64,000 bases of DNA from Amoebidium appalachense (Eukaryota > Protista > Ichthyosporea), in NCBI GenBank assembly GCA_963693365.1, contig CAVNZM010000006.1, positions 8,249,355-8,313,354 on the forward strand, written 5' to 3'. Shown here piece by piece: positions 46,128 through 61,767 of the stretch. The notes under the pieces were generated by a model. It was not told the DNA's origin. It ran no database searches and saw only the letters and a program-made list of their open reading frames with translations. The translations under genes were made by a program, and so were the position numbers. How positions within the stretch are numbered: position 1 is the first letter of the stretch; every line of letters starts with the position of its first letter.

Positions 46128-47049
46128 AAAAACCACCCACACAGCCGCATGGTGCCAACATACACTATCCTCCCCGTGAGTGGCATGCCAGTCTCCCCTG
46201 CTCCCCTGCCTCCCCTGCTCCCCTGCCTCCCGGAACCAGGCCCCAGTGAGTGCTCACGTGCCCCCCCCTGCCTCCCCTGCTCCCCTGCCTCCCGGAACCA
46301 GGCCCCAGTGAGTGCTCACGTGCCCCCCCCTGCTCCCCTGCTCCCCTGCCTCCCGGAACCACGCCCCGGCGCAGTGGCAGCTATTTTTAGATATAGAGAT
46401 TCCATGGCCACATGGCCAGATGGCCAGATCATTTTGCTCACCGTTTTATCCCGTTTTATCCACCTTTTTCCACACACTGAATTTGACCTGGCCATCTGGC
46501 CATCTGGGTAGAGACCGTTTTCTGTTCTGATATTGGAGAACTGTCTGATAGTGATAGCAAATGTCATTCGAAGAACAATCGGGAAACCCCGTGGTGTGAC
46601 AACCAATCAGAATGAAGCAACAGTGATATCCGGATCATCGTCCGCCAGCCGCACCGTGTGCACAGATATCATGATATATGTATTTAAATTATATGTATAT
46701 TCATATATATAAATATATATAAATATAATTTATGATATATATTTATATATGTTTATATATCTATATTCTATAATATAAATATATTACAACTTTGATGTAT
46801 GTAGAACGCATGAAGGGATTATCGGCTTGACTCATCGGATTCGAACCACCATGCTTGTCCTGCTGCGTGATTGGTGTTTTGTAATCTGATTAATGATAAT
46901 CAGATTGAACCGATTTTTGTTCGGCTGTGTGATTGGTATTCATTAGTCACATTATGGATAATCCGATTATGCTCCTGTTTCTTGATTGGTCTTCTCCAAT
47001 CATTAATGATTGTCCGTTATGACAGTTTTTTTCCCACCCTTCGGAGGTC

Positions 47050-48000
47050 AGTTTTCACTTGCACTTCCGCTGTTCAAGAAGTCTGAGCTGTAACTCCTTT
47101 CAGTTGCACCCGTGGCTTGTAGGCTAACTAGACGATGTTTTCAGAGCTACAGGCTGTGCAGGTTAGTACAGATGCTTATGCGACTGTTGCGTCTACCTGT
47201 TTGCTGAAGGACTGGGCTTCTGTGCAACGTTCTATTCTTGCTTTTCTTCCTTGCTGTAGCCCTCCTTTCTTCTTGGTCTTTCCTGCCGCAACTGGTGCAT
47301 GCTGTCGCAGTTTTACTTTCTGTCACACTGCAGCTTTTTTGTGCCCTCTGTGCTCACATCTGCATAACAGGATGATACTTTCAAGAGTTATTTTCACCTT
47401 TGCTCTCCTCTTTCACATGCAGGGCACCATCCTCTCTGACAGAGGCACCATCCTCTCTGACAGAGGCTAACGGCCGCTTGCTTTTAGAATGACAGCTTCT
47501 AAACCGAGCAGCAAGGAGGTAGGTTTTTACTGCCTGGGTTATGCCCAGCTTGGGCTGGCACCTTTTGATGTTGGTTCTTGGCAATGCCGCTTTTTGTGAA
47601 AACGTTCGTGCAATAAAGAGCCCTAAGGGACCTTGCACTTATCGTTTATGGTATAGTGGTTGAGCTCTTCTGTAGGTCGGCCTGTCAGCACTTTTAGTTT
47701 TGTGCAGGTAAACACAGGGCAAAAAGCGCGCATTCTGCATCATTGTGTGCCAAGCCATGTTTTCGGCAGTTTCTACAAGTCTCTTAGTTCATAAGGGCTG
47801 GTGCATACAAAACTTCTCGGCAACCATTGTTGGAAGGTTATGCCCTCCTTTGTTTCATTGTTTTAACAAATGTGTGCCGTCCTTATTGCCCAGCATGTGT
47901 AGTGGGGCACCCATCTATCATGACATGTGCACGTTTGACTTTTTACCTGTGTGATAAGGTCTGTTAGCGCCCACTCCTACACGTTGCACGCAACGTACCC
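47050..48000 (-). pseudogene. Possible decayed Mutator-like transposase C-terminus
   Basis: Broken frames give QTCTCHDRWVPHYTC (SWIM-like) and CRCEHRGHKK (knuckle-like); many stops. Confidence 0.25.
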
Positions 48001-48460
48001 CACTGACACATACGAGGTTAGTCGGTAACCACTTGCTTGCATCGAAAGTTTAGAGTGCTGCTGTAGGTATGACAATGTAAGATTCTGTCCTTTTGATGTT
48101 TTCGTGTTAAACCTCATGGGCGTTTTGTCCCCCCCCCCCCCCCCCCCCCCCCCCGCCCAAAAAAAAAACAAACTTTTCAGCTATAACATAATGGACCAGG
48201 TTATTCCCCTTATTTCCTGTTTCAAACTGCCTCTCACTTTTCCTCCTTCTCACTGGTCACGCTTCACTTTCCCCGTGCAGGTGGGAGATGGTGCACTCGG
48301 GTGAGTCTTCTAGCAAGCAGCAGCAGCGCACATGGCTGACCGCAAGATTGTTCGGTGCTGGTACATGACTGCCAACCTCGACATTCCGACATAACAATTC
48401 CACGACACTGGTACCCCCCCCCCCCCCCCCCCCCCCCCTCCAAAAAAAAAAAAAGAAAAG

Positions 48461-48511
<51 letters not shown>

Positions 48512-51410
48512 ACACACAGCTTCCCATCCACCTTGCCTTAAGTTCTATCATAAACTAATTTGCTGTTTGCTGATCTCTCTTCCCACTCACTTGGTTTCTT
48601 TGGTGCATCGTGTTCTGTGTGTGTGGGTGTAGTGTGCATCAGTGTGTGTGTGTGTGTGCTATATATATGTATAAACATTGTGTATATATGTCGTTGATCA
48701 CCATCCCCCCCCCCCCCCCCCCCCCAAAAACGCCTGTTCTCCCACCTCTCCATTCCCCCCCATCTCTCTGTATGTGCGCACATGTAGGTGTGAGTGGGCC
48801 CGGGTGTGTATGCACAATAATGTATTTTGGTTCTCAATGTATCCCTTAGTAGTCGTTATACTTGTAAAGGGTTACGTCGAGGCTTCCAGCAACCATATCC
48901 TATTACAAATTGCACGAGGGGAGGGAATGACATGTCCTAACCCCCCCCCCCCCCCCCCCCCACGCGGGAGCAGCTCGAGGACATGCGTGTTGACGGAGTG
49001 CCATGTGATTGACCCACCACCCAGTAACGACCCTGAGGACGTCAGCAGCCACAGCCACAGCGAGGAACAAGAATCAGTGCCACAAGAGAGTCTGCGGGGA
49101 ATAAGGCGACGAGCAAAGATTGGAGTACTAGACTAAGTAGTTGTCATTGTATTATGGTTAGAAATCAACTAAATATGCAATTATTCTTGTAGAAGTTATA
49201 AATGCGCATGTTGATACGATAGAAAATGTAGAAGTTTGGAAGTTGGATAATAGCGTTTGTGTCACATGCTCCTGGGGAGCATGATTAATTAAAGAAAAAC
49301 CTTAAGTGTGCAGCCGTCATAGAACATGTGTCACCATCCCAACGGGGGGGGGGGGGGGAGGGGAGGGGGGGGGGGGGGGGAAGGGGGGGAGAGGGGGGGG
49401 GGGGGGAAGTGGGGAACCGGGGGGGGGGGGGTGAATAGATAGAGAGATATCCATATAGACATCATTTATATATTCAGATACCTATATAGGTATATATAGA
49501 AGTGGTATACAATCAATATCATTTCTAATATAGAATACATATTCAGCTAATAAATTCTGAATATGTGTTATGCGCATATAGAATGTCATGACTGATGTCT
49601 CATCGTTCCATAATAGATACGTATTATATGCTAATTGTATGTCTATCTACATATGTATTTCCATATCTAGCTGATATCCAGATGTGGTTCGAAACCTGAG
49701 CTGTATATCCATTCGATCCCGATTAGATATCACTCATATATTGGATTGGTCCTTAGGATATACATGCAACGGTTGAGTATTAGATATCAATGTGGATATA
49801 GAATACATATCTAGACACTGTGTTCGGATATTAGCCTATATGTCTATATATATATATAATACATGCAAGGGCCGATATCTTTTGGTCGTCTATCACATCC
49901 ATTTTCGTTGTTCATTTACTGATCCAGTACATATATACTGAGATGCATGTTGGATATCTATGCTTAGGTCTACTTGGCAACTATTATGAGGTCTATTGGT
50001 CACCTGACTGTATATAGTCAATATAGGTATTCTATGCCTATATACATAGCTATCCGAATATCTAATGAACCTCATTTCGGTAATAAATATAATACACAAC
50101 CTATATCTATTGCATATCAAATGACATCTCTTTTGCATCAATTACATATGATTAAGGGTACCCACAACATATCAATTGGATCTCGATTGTGCACATTTTA
50201 AGCATGTTACATATATATAGTGGATATCACATTGGATATAATATTGGGCAGGTTACCTGTCACTGGGTCCCTTCGTCACATATCCATTATATATGTTGTG
50301 CATGTGTATTTGCATATCTAGTGTTCGATATCCACTGGATATCACGTTTTTTGTGGATATCTAGTGGATCCCTAACAGTAGTTATCCAATGGATATCAGG
50401 AATTTAACAGATATCTATATACATATTAGGCGTAGATATCCAAGATTTATATCTATTTTATTTTAGATATCCTTTACATATGTTAAACCCATGAACTGGA
50501 TGTAGGGTTATGTTCAGGATGGGTTCGAGTATATGGATATCTTTAATATATCTTTTATGGGTTCCGGATGTTTCTGCAAGATTGCTGATGGAAGTCTTTG
50601 AGTTCAAGCTCATGGTAGTCGAGGAGGATTTGACGAGCACGATCTTCACGTTCAGCCGCATAGGTCATACCTCTGCGAAAAACTACCCCCCGTACCCGCC
50701 GATAATCCGAAACGGCATGCAGCGAAATCTGTGTAATCGGGAGGTAAATTGTACCGCACTTTTCGATCTGCCGATAATCGACGGAAGGGTATAAACTAGA
50801 CCTAACTCCGCCGGCGCACGCGACACATTGACCGCGACCTTCCGATAATCGTACGGTCACATTCGGGCTCGTGCGCTTTTTGGCGGGCTCATGAGTGGAA
50901 TCGGATGATGGAATGTCGCACCACACTTAGCCGACCAATGGTAAACCAACTTTGTACAAAATGGGGGCTATGCTGAATGCGCGCCTCCGGGCTTGGAGTC
51001 ATCAGCTTCCCGACGGCCGCTCTACTGTACAGTTTGAGCTTGTCCTGAAGTGAGAGTCGGTTGATGATGGAAACTTTCTGAGGAGGAAAAGTTTGTCGTT
51101 ATCATATTTAGTGTGCGAACTAGCAGAGTATGGGGTCACTTAAATGGCTTAGGGGTGCGGCGTGCAATTTTAGAATAAGGGCCGACAGATCATCTGGGCT
51201 CTTTCAAGAGGTAGAGAGAATGAGGGAGCCCAAGGCGTGAGTGCTCCTGGTAGTCACGCCTCTATTTCTACCGTCGAGAAAGGTATTGAACATACCAAAA
51301 GCATGTTCCTAATTCTCTGCTTGTATACAACTTCACGTATAGTCTGCCTAGGGCAGGGTGACGAAAAGTGGTACACAAGCTCGCGCACACACTTGCACGC
51401 ACGCTCACAC

Positions 51411-51442
<32 letters not shown>

Positions 51443-51599
51443 GTACACACACACGGCACACACACACACACACGCATGGAGTAAGAGCGTGCAGACGATA
51501 AGACGCAGTCGTTAACACACAATTTTCAGACATACACACACACGGACACCAGCACACAAACACACGTACACACACACACATCCGCACCCACCACAAACA

Positions 51600-54400
<2,801 letters not shown>

Positions 54401-54729
54401 GATCATCAGCATGTACTGTAAAGGTGAAACATAGGAAGTGAGGATTAGAGCGGCTAGAATAAAACGTGAATAATGATATATACCAGCTGCGCTGGAGTAA
54501 CCTACAATAAACGTATTTACCGTTCACGTGGTTCCGAAGGCCGCCCTGGTTTTTTTTCGGATATAGCTGGCCCCTTTCCAGCTATGCACGCGTGCGCCGC
54601 GCTCGTCCCGATCGTGCCAAAGGTATGTGCTACGTCATAGGGAGTCGAATTCCAATGACTCATCTCAAGGAATGTTATCAAGGGCACTTTTTTGAGCTCC
54701 GAATATCTGCCGATGGGCTGCCGGCCGCT

Positions 54730-55308
54730 CAATTCCATAACCTCCGATAGCCCCAGATCACCGCGAGCCACCGCGGCGGCACCCCAGGGTAGCCGCCGCT
54801 AAAAATCGAATCCAGCCAATCACGAATTCTGTCCACTTGCCATACGATTATCTCCGATCGGTTTTCGGTCCGCAATCCGCAGATAATCGGGGTTAAATGA
54901 GTCAAAATGAGCCAACGGGCGCGGCGATTATCTGCGGGTACGGGAGGGAGGTTTTCGCAGAGTACGGAGGTTGTGGAAAGCTTGGGCAGGTGACACATCA
55001 TCGTGGATTTGACCAGAGTTATACAGCTCATCATTGGAGACGAGTTGAGTAAACATCTGTTCAAGGAAGTTGGAAGCCTCGGTGTAGGCCTCCTCAGTGT
55101 CATAGCCGTGCCACTCGTTCTCGTCGGAAGGGTCGACCCACTCGGGGGCCTTGATGACGGGCACTAACTTGGCCGCGGTGGTAGTACGTAGGTACCGGAA
55201 GATGACGGGTTCCCACTCATAATAGGTGAGACGTTTGCCGGACTTCTTGTCCGTGGTGTCATCCCCTTTCCAGGGGGTGAGGTTGAGATACGCAGGTTTC
55301 TCCGGCAT
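54730..55308 (-). pseudogene. Gag-like fragment, possibly Ty1/copia
   Basis: WKG...YYEWE..I..YL...A...L...VS...SPAQAFHNL resembles the copia Gag N-terminus; frameshifted. Confidence 0.3.
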
Positions 55309-55569
55309 GGTGATCAATCAGTCAGATGATGCGTGAGAGAGGAATCAGATCGGTATTCAAATTTGAATATTTTCGATTGCAGCGAGAGTATGTGTTGCGA
55401 GAGCGTGCGAAAATGGGCCTTTAACCTGTTGTTTTGTACGGGTCTAAGGGAGCAGAGTGCACAGAGGTGTCATGTAAAACACGACTAACACATTAATGAG
55501 AGGGCAATCGGAGTTGTTCACGAGACATTGAAAGATTTCAAACAACAACTGATTCTTTATTGTGCTCTC

Positions 55570-56238
55570 TGACATATACTAATCCGTCTCAGCAGATTAG
55601 CCTAAGTCTACGATCGAGATCGGGGGGGGGGGGTGTCGTACCTACAAACAGAGTGTATATGAACTACTCTAACTATCTGCACGCTTAAAGGGGCTCGAAA
55701 CCGTGTATACGTATAAACTTTTCTTTGAGTTGGGTGGGAAGCGAGTTTTTTGTGTTCTGAGAAGAACTTCCAAAAGCCCGCGACCCCGCGAGACACTTCA
55801 CAGACACGCGGCCCACTGGCCAGACAAATACCACAGTGACATTCAGCCAATCACAACACTCCCTCCCCCACAGACTACACGCACTCCACACCATTGGCTA
55901 CCGCGACCTCAGACACCCCTACAGCACTACAACACGTACACACGTTTACTCACAATACATATAAGCATACACACACGCGAGCAGGCAACATGGGTCTCGC
56001 CACGCACACAGCAAGAAGCAATACAACATTTAACATGGAGAGTACGCAGAGGCATGGGGCATGCACGCGCGCACCAAACAATCAGCCGCCGCTGCATCAG
56101 ATTCTCCCCATACCACTGATTAATCTCCTCATACCCCATTTAGACCCCGGCATCACTATGCAAGAAAACCCCCGAAATTAACTCACCAAAACACAAAATA
56201 TAGAAGTAAACTAATACGAATCAGCTCAGCACATGACA

Positions 56239-56272
<34 letters not shown>

Positions 56273-56965
56273 GGCCCGGGTCCACAGATCATCAAGATCA
56301 AGTCCGGGGCCTCAAGATAGCTGTACAGCTGCGTGCATCTTGCCTCTGCCGGCGCAGGGCATTGGACCACGTCAGCCGGGACAGCCGTCCAATAGAATTC
56401 TAATTAGTGTGTAGGATAGATCGTAGGAGGACTTAGGAATGTCATTGTTCGGGCAGAAGCCCTTTTGTAAGGATTGGCAAGGTTTGATAGTATATGTTGC
56501 CAAACGTATTTATATATTTAGATGTAGAGGAAAGGGGGGGAGGGAGGGGGGGGGGGGATAGTATGAAATGTAGATTTAGACTCTGCGGTGCCACTAGGGG
56601 GAGGGTGAGGGGTGAGACTTGGATAAATATATTAGTTGAGTAGATCGACTTAGCTCGTGCAGGCGCACGATAAAAGTAGATCGGAATGTTAATGGAATGT
56701 GGCATCGTAGGGGGCCAGGTGATGATGATCTTGTAGGGCACGGCCTTGATGGCCTCAGTCGTAACTTAGACTCAATCCGTACGGATCTAAGTTTGCCCGT
56801 CGGAGCCTGGTCTTAATAAACTTTACCGTTTTTCTGTACACGTTCGTTCCTTTTCGTGTGTGTACACTTAGTAGAGTGCCGCGTCTCTAGTACACATACA
56901 TTAGGATACGACAAGCTACACCTTTCTTTTAGTGCGGTTTTTCGCGCTAGGGTAACGCGGTGACA
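55570..56965 (+). repeat. 5' LTR (interrupted; 3' end inferred at ...GTGACA 56965)
   Basis: Matches the 3' LTR on both sides of the insertion; TATA-like tracts; AATAAA at ~56815. Confidence 0.75.
55634..56238. mobile_element. 605-bp solo LTR nested in the poly-G tract of the 5' LTR
   Basis: Absent from the 3' LTR; termini TGTCGT...ATGACA; flanked by G-runs. Confidence 0.8.
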
Positions 56966-56999
56966 GTTCCTTCTGGGCTGTTGCTACACCTCAAACACA

Positions 57000-57036
<37 letters not shown>

Positions 57037-57074
57037 ATAAACACAACCACACGAGTTAGGGCACACACCACACA

Positions 57075-58409
57075 ATGGCTAAGTTTAACGTAGACATGTT
57101 CTACGCATTGGCAGCGGAGGATAGCTCCCTGCACACACAGGTACCACAGGTTCATACACTAGACGTTAGACAGACCACAGCTTTCAGTTTTACACTCAAA
57201 CACGACTCGGAAATCCCTAGGTGGCTTAGGACACTCCTAGCTAACACACCCACACTAGTGTTAGACACAAAGAAGGCCCCCACTGTGGCGGCCTCGTGCT
57301 TAATGATCAAACAGTGCATCGACCACAAAACAATGGCCGACTTATGCACCCTGATGGAGGAGCACCCGTACCGGGCCGAGCAGGCCCCCCAGGTGACGGC
57401 TCGTATATACGAGCAGCAGTACGACGAGGGGAGGGACGAGATGGTGTCCCGGACACTCGGCCAGAAACGTCTGGCCGCACGGTTCATCCCCGACGACGAG
57501 GACGAGAACAGCACCGACGACGTGGACGGGGAGCTCGAGGCCTTCACACGGCCGGAAAACGAGCTCGAGTATACGGCCCGGCTCGTCGGCCGATACCTGA
57601 CGGCCGACCGGCGCCGTACCTTCCGGGCCCAGCTCAGAGAATGGAAGTATACCTTTCCCACACTAGATATGTCCCCCGTAGAAGCTCGTGCATTCTTTGA
57701 GAGGGAATATCGGGTCTTTGAGGACCTTTGTGAGTTAGCTGGTGACGTGAGTGATAGGGAAAAATTCGAGTTTGCTCGTAAGGCTCTCTCTGTAAACACA
57801 GACACTGCACGCATGTTTGGGGAGCATGATGATGTAGATGAGGTGGTGTTGCATGTTAAACGTCACTTGCTTGCCATGCACGAGGTGAAGTTCAATAAGA
57901 GGGATAAAAAGGAGGTGATGGAAGTAGACAAGAAAAAGAAGGAGAGTGGACAGAAGGGGGAAAAAGAGAAAAAAGAGGGTGAACAGCCAGATGCACTCAC
58001 CATGTTGGTCAAGCAGGTTGCCGAGCTCTCCCAGGCCGTCTTTTCTGGCCGAGGGGGCTTCGGCTTCCGAGGTGGCCGTGGCGGCGACCGGGGTGGACAC
58101 GGCGGTCGTGGCCGAGGTGGACGTGGAGGACAACAGCAGCAGTTCACCGAGAGGTTTGCCCCTTATCTTGCTCGTGGTGGTGGGCAGGGTAGAGGGAGGG
58201 GTGGAAATGGTGGTGAGAGAGGCCGAGGGGGGCAGGGGGGAAGGGGGGGCCGTGGTGCACACGGTGGGCCCCCCCAGCATGACCGGGCTCCCGGTTATGC
58301 TTTGCGCCAAGGTTTTGAAGTCCCCCCTGGCCCCTTCTTTGGTGCATGTTACTTTTGTGGCCGGCAAGGGCACTCTGCTGCATATTGCCGTAGTTACAAG
58401 AGCTATTGA
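57075..58409 (+). CDS. gag: Gag with RGG-rich region and CCHC zinc knuckle
   Basis: CYFCGRQGHSAAYC; position directly after the 5' LTR. Confidence 0.92.
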   Translation: MAKFNVDMFYALAAEDSSLHTQVPQVHTLDVRQTTAFSFTLKHDSEIPRWLRTLLANTPTLVLDTKKAPTVAASCLMIKQCIDHKTMADLCTLMEEHPYRAEQAPQVTARIYEQQYDEGRDEMVSRTLGQKRLAARFIPDDEDENSTDDVDGELEAFTRPENELEYTARLVGRYLTADRRRTFRAQLREWKYTFPTLDMSPVEARAFFEREYRVFEDLCELAGDVSDREKFEFARKALSVNTDTARMFGEHDDVDEVVLHVKRHLLAMHEVKFNKRDKKEVMEVDKKKKESGQKGEKEKKEGEQPDALTMLVKQVAELSQAVFSGRGGFGFRGGRGGDRGGHGGRGRGGRGGQQQQFTERFAPYLARGGGQGRGRGGNGGERGRGGQGGRGGRGAHGGPPQHDRAPGYALRQGFEVPPGPFFGACYFCGRQGHSAAYCRSYKSY

Positions 58410-58972
58410 GTTCCGGGGGAGGGGGAAGCTGGGGTCACTGAGGGAGGGGGGGGGGACAGTATCGGTCCCCCCCAGGTTGCAGAGAACCTTCACCCTCCCC
58501 CACCCCAGGTTAAGCTTCCCTTTGCCCCCTCACCGCCCCGATACGTGTGGGAGCCGGGCATCGTCGTGGGTCCTCAAGACAGCGTCGAGGTGGTATGGCA
58601 TGAATGTTTGTGGGGTGACTCTACCAAAGGTATGAATGGTGTGAATGTTTTGTGGTTGGGGGAGGTTCCCCAGCCACAAGTGGATGGTCTCAGTGTTTCT
58701 TGTCCCAACCCGGTGTTTGTTCTAACCACATCGGAGGGGGTTTCTGTGCCATTGTTTCCGGGAGGGGGGGGGACACACACGAGTAAAGGGGGAAGGGGGG
58801 GAAGGCACAGACACATAGAAACACACCACCACAACAACATACGACGGTTGCAGACACACCTACACCCACACACACACCCACACATACACCACACACACAC
58901 ACACCACCCACCCACACATCACACACACACACTCCACCACCACCCACATCACATACACACCCCACCCCACCC

Positions 58973-61762
58973 GTGCAGGCACCACAGGTAGGTATGTTGC
59001 ACGTAGGTATCGAGGGTGTGAGTCTTCGTGGGCAGGGATTGGGAGTGAGTGATGATGTGTTGCTTGAATTGGAGGAGGATTTAGTTGGTTTTAGCCGGCA
59101 TTATATAGACGTATGGTTAGCTGATGGTAAGTTGAAGGCTGTTGCTTTGCTCGATGGAGGGGCTCAGGTTAATTGTGTGCATGCTTCGTTTATTCGTCGT
59201 TTTAATCAGGCCGGGGGGGAAATTCCTATATTAGATGCTTCTAGCACAGCCTTAGGTAGTGCTAATAATAGTAGTATGTCTGTGGAAGGTGTTTGTGTGT
59301 TGCCGTGTGAGATAGGTGGCCAGGCTATGCATATTGCTTGTTATGTGGTTAAGGATTTAGCTCAAAGTGTTTTGTTGGGAGCCCCATTTTTCCGTAGACA
59401 TGTGAATGCTTTGTTTGCACGTACGAATGTTTTAGAATTGCAGTCCGGCGTTAAAATTAAAACCCATGATGGGCTCGACGGTTATCAGTCTGGTGCTAGA
59501 ACGGTAGCTGAAGTAGTAATCGAGCCTTATCAGTGCCAAACGGTACGTGTCCGGGCCGGCAATCATGTTAGGATAGGGGATTTAGGGGTTTTTACTCCGA
59601 AAACCCCATTTCAGGAGGTGGCCCAATGGACCCTTAGTAGGGTATGGCCGGATAAGACAATAGAAATAGAATTAGTGAATCCGGGCATCGAGCCTATAGT
59701 GATTAGGTCAGGTGTTTCCGTCGGTAGTTTCACTAATGAGATTGGTAGTATAGAGGTCTCTCTTATTACCCAAAAGGAGGATGCCGGCTCGAAGGGTGAC
59801 TCAGGAGGAGGGGGAACAACTTTATTTAACGTTAGCCACCAAAATGTCACCCGACACGATGGGGGGGGGGACCGGGACAGCACCGGTCCCACTCCCCCGA
59901 CCCCCAAGAGGAAGGAGGGTCACCCCGGGTGTGAGAATGTGCAGGCAAGGGGGGAGGGTGTTGGTCTAACCCGTGGATCTGACGGGTTAACCAACACCGT
60001 GGGGGGCAGGGTGGCCACAGACCTGGCCCCCCACATACATGCACTAACTCATCAGGAATTGCCCGGGGGCATTGGTGTGCCGGGGGGAGGGGGGGGTGCT
60101 AAGGGTGACCGCCTATATCCGGAGGTACCTCAACCTCACCCCGAGCAGCACCGATGTAATACAGGAGGTGAAATGTTAAGTGGCACTCCGGTGAATAAGG
60201 ATGCATCCACTTGTGATGGGGGTAACCCGGAGTTAGTATTGCCGTTTGGTATGAAGGAGGGGGATTGGACGGTAGAACAGAAAAAATTGCTAGCTAAGTT
60301 ATTTGATAGGACTCGGTTTGCATTTCTGGCCGATGATAACGAAGTAGGCTTCGTTAAAGGGTTTGAAATGCAGATCGACACAGGTGATAATAGGCCGGTA
60401 GTGATGCCTAGCTATAGAATGGAGCAGTATAAATTGTCGGATGCGCTAATAATAGTGAGTGATATGTTAAAAAAGGGTCATGTGGAGCATAGTTCGAGTC
60501 CGTGGAGAAGTCCGGTGCTATTGGTTAAGAAGCCCGACGGGTCTTGGCGCCTAGTGAACGATTACAGGGCTCTGAATCGGATCACTAAGGCAGACCAATG
60601 GCCTCTCCCTAACATAGACGAGCAGCTTTCACAGCTGCACGGCTATACTCACTTTGCTAAACTTGATTTAAAAGCAGCTTTTTGGCAGATAAGGTTGGAG
60701 GAGAGCAGCAAGGAGAAGACTGCCTTTGCACTGGGTGACCAGCTGTTCCAGTACAAGGTGGTGCCGATGGGTTTGCTCTCCTCTCCAGCTATGTTGTGCC
60801 GGGTAATGTATAAAATTCTCCACCCTCATTTGGATGTATGCCACCCTTATTTGGATGATGTTTTAATTAAAGGTAGGTCATTTGAGGAGTTAGTTAATAA
60901 TTGTGAAAAAGTATTTTTAGCTTTGGGTGAGTCTGGTCTTCGTATTAGCGGTAGCAAGACTGTGATTGGTGTGCCGGAGGTTAAGTTTTTAGGTCATATT
61001 GTGTCTAGTAATGGTCTTTCCCCTGATCCGGAGAAAATCCGGGCCATAGTTGAGTGGCCCCGTCCTCAGACTGTCACTCAACTAAGGCAATTTTTAGGTT
61101 TAACTAATTATCTTCGTCGTTATATTAAGGACTATAGTATGCTTGCTTTGCCGTTAACTAGTCAGACGGGGGGGGAGAAGAAGAATAGAATAGATTGGAA
61201 TGTTGATGCTGTTTCTGCTTTCGAAAAGCTTAAGTTAGCTTTGCAGTCTTCGAGTATGCTTGTTCATCCTGATTTTTCGGCCGGGGGGGGGATGTTTAAA
61301 GTTCGGTGCGATGCAAGTAAGGTTGCTGAGGGGGCCGTGTTATATCAAGTGCAGGAGGGGCAGGATAGAGTGATTGCTTATGCTAGTCGTTCATTTAGTA
61401 AAAGTGAACGTAGATATAGCAATCCGGAGAGAGAGTCCCATGCTATCTTTTGGGCAGTCTCACAGGCATGGAGGTATATACTCGCAGGCAGGACGTTTGA
61501 GGTCTACACCGACCACAAGCCCTGCCTAGCCATGGCCGGCACCACTCGTCTGGTCAACGAGAGGATGCAGAAGTGGGCCGCGGCTCTCGGTGAGTTCTCC
61601 TATAAATTGTTTTATGCCAAGGGTGAAACAATGGTCGACTGTGATGCTCTCTCTCGTGCTGCTTATATTTTGTTTGAAGAAGAGAAGGAGGGGGAGGGGG
61701 GGATAGTGAGAGACGGGGGGGGAGGGGGGGGAAGGGGGGGGCGAGTGAGCAGAAAGGAATAG
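58973..61762 (+). CDS. pol: Pol: aspartic protease, reverse transcriptase, RNase H
   Basis: LLDGGAQ; SPWRSPVLLVKKPDGSWRLVNDYRALN; LDLKAAFWQI; PMGL; YLDD; CDAS; YTDHK. Confidence 0.95.
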   Translation: MQAPQVGMLHVGIEGVSLRGQGLGVSDDVLLELEEDLVGFSRHYIDVWLADGKLKAVALLDGGAQVNCVHASFIRRFNQAGGEIPILDASSTALGSANNSSMSVEGVCVLPCEIGGQAMHIACYVVKDLAQSVLLGAPFFRRHVNALFARTNVLELQSGVKIKTHDGLDGYQSGARTVAEVVIEPYQCQTVRVRAGNHVRIGDLGVFTPKTPFQEVAQWTLSRVWPDKTIEIELVNPGIEPIVIRSGVSVGSFTNEIGSIEVSLITQKEDAGSKGDSGGGGTTLFNVSHQNVTRHDGGGDRDSTGPTPPTPKRKEGHPGCENVQARGEGVGLTRGSDGLTNTVGGRVATDLAPHIHALTHQELPGGIGVPGGGGGAKGDRLYPEVPQPHPEQHRCNTGGEMLSGTPVNKDASTCDGGNPELVLPFGMKEGDWTVEQKKLLAKLFDRTRFAFLADDNEVGFVKGFEMQIDTGDNRPVVMPSYRMEQYKLSDALIIVSDMLKKGHVEHSSSPWRSPVLLVKKPDGSWRLVNDYRALNRITKADQWPLPNIDEQLSQLHGYTHFAKLDLKAAFWQIRLEESSKEKTAFALGDQLFQYKVVPMGLLSSPAMLCRVMYKILHPHLDVCHPYLDDVLIKGRSFEELVNNCEKVFLALGESGLRISGSKTVIGVPEVKFLGHIVSSNGLSPDPEKIRAIVEWPRPQTVTQLRQFLGLTNYLRRYIKDYSMLALPLTSQTGGEKKNRIDWNVDAVSAFEKLKLALQSSSMLVHPDFSAGGGMFKVRCDASKVAEGAVLYQVQEGQDRVIAYASRSFSKSERRYSNPERESHAIFWAVSQAWRYILAGRTFEVYTDHKPCLAMAGTTRLVNERMQKWAAALGEFSYKLFYAKGETMVDCDALSRAAYILFEEEKEGEGGIVRDGGGGGGRGGRVSRKE

Positions 61763-61767
61763 ATGCT

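Noticed and set aside
49440-51200. AT/GATATC-rich tract and ORF 50555..50926 as a transposon
   Set aside because: No TIRs, TSD or catalytic motif could be identified by eye.
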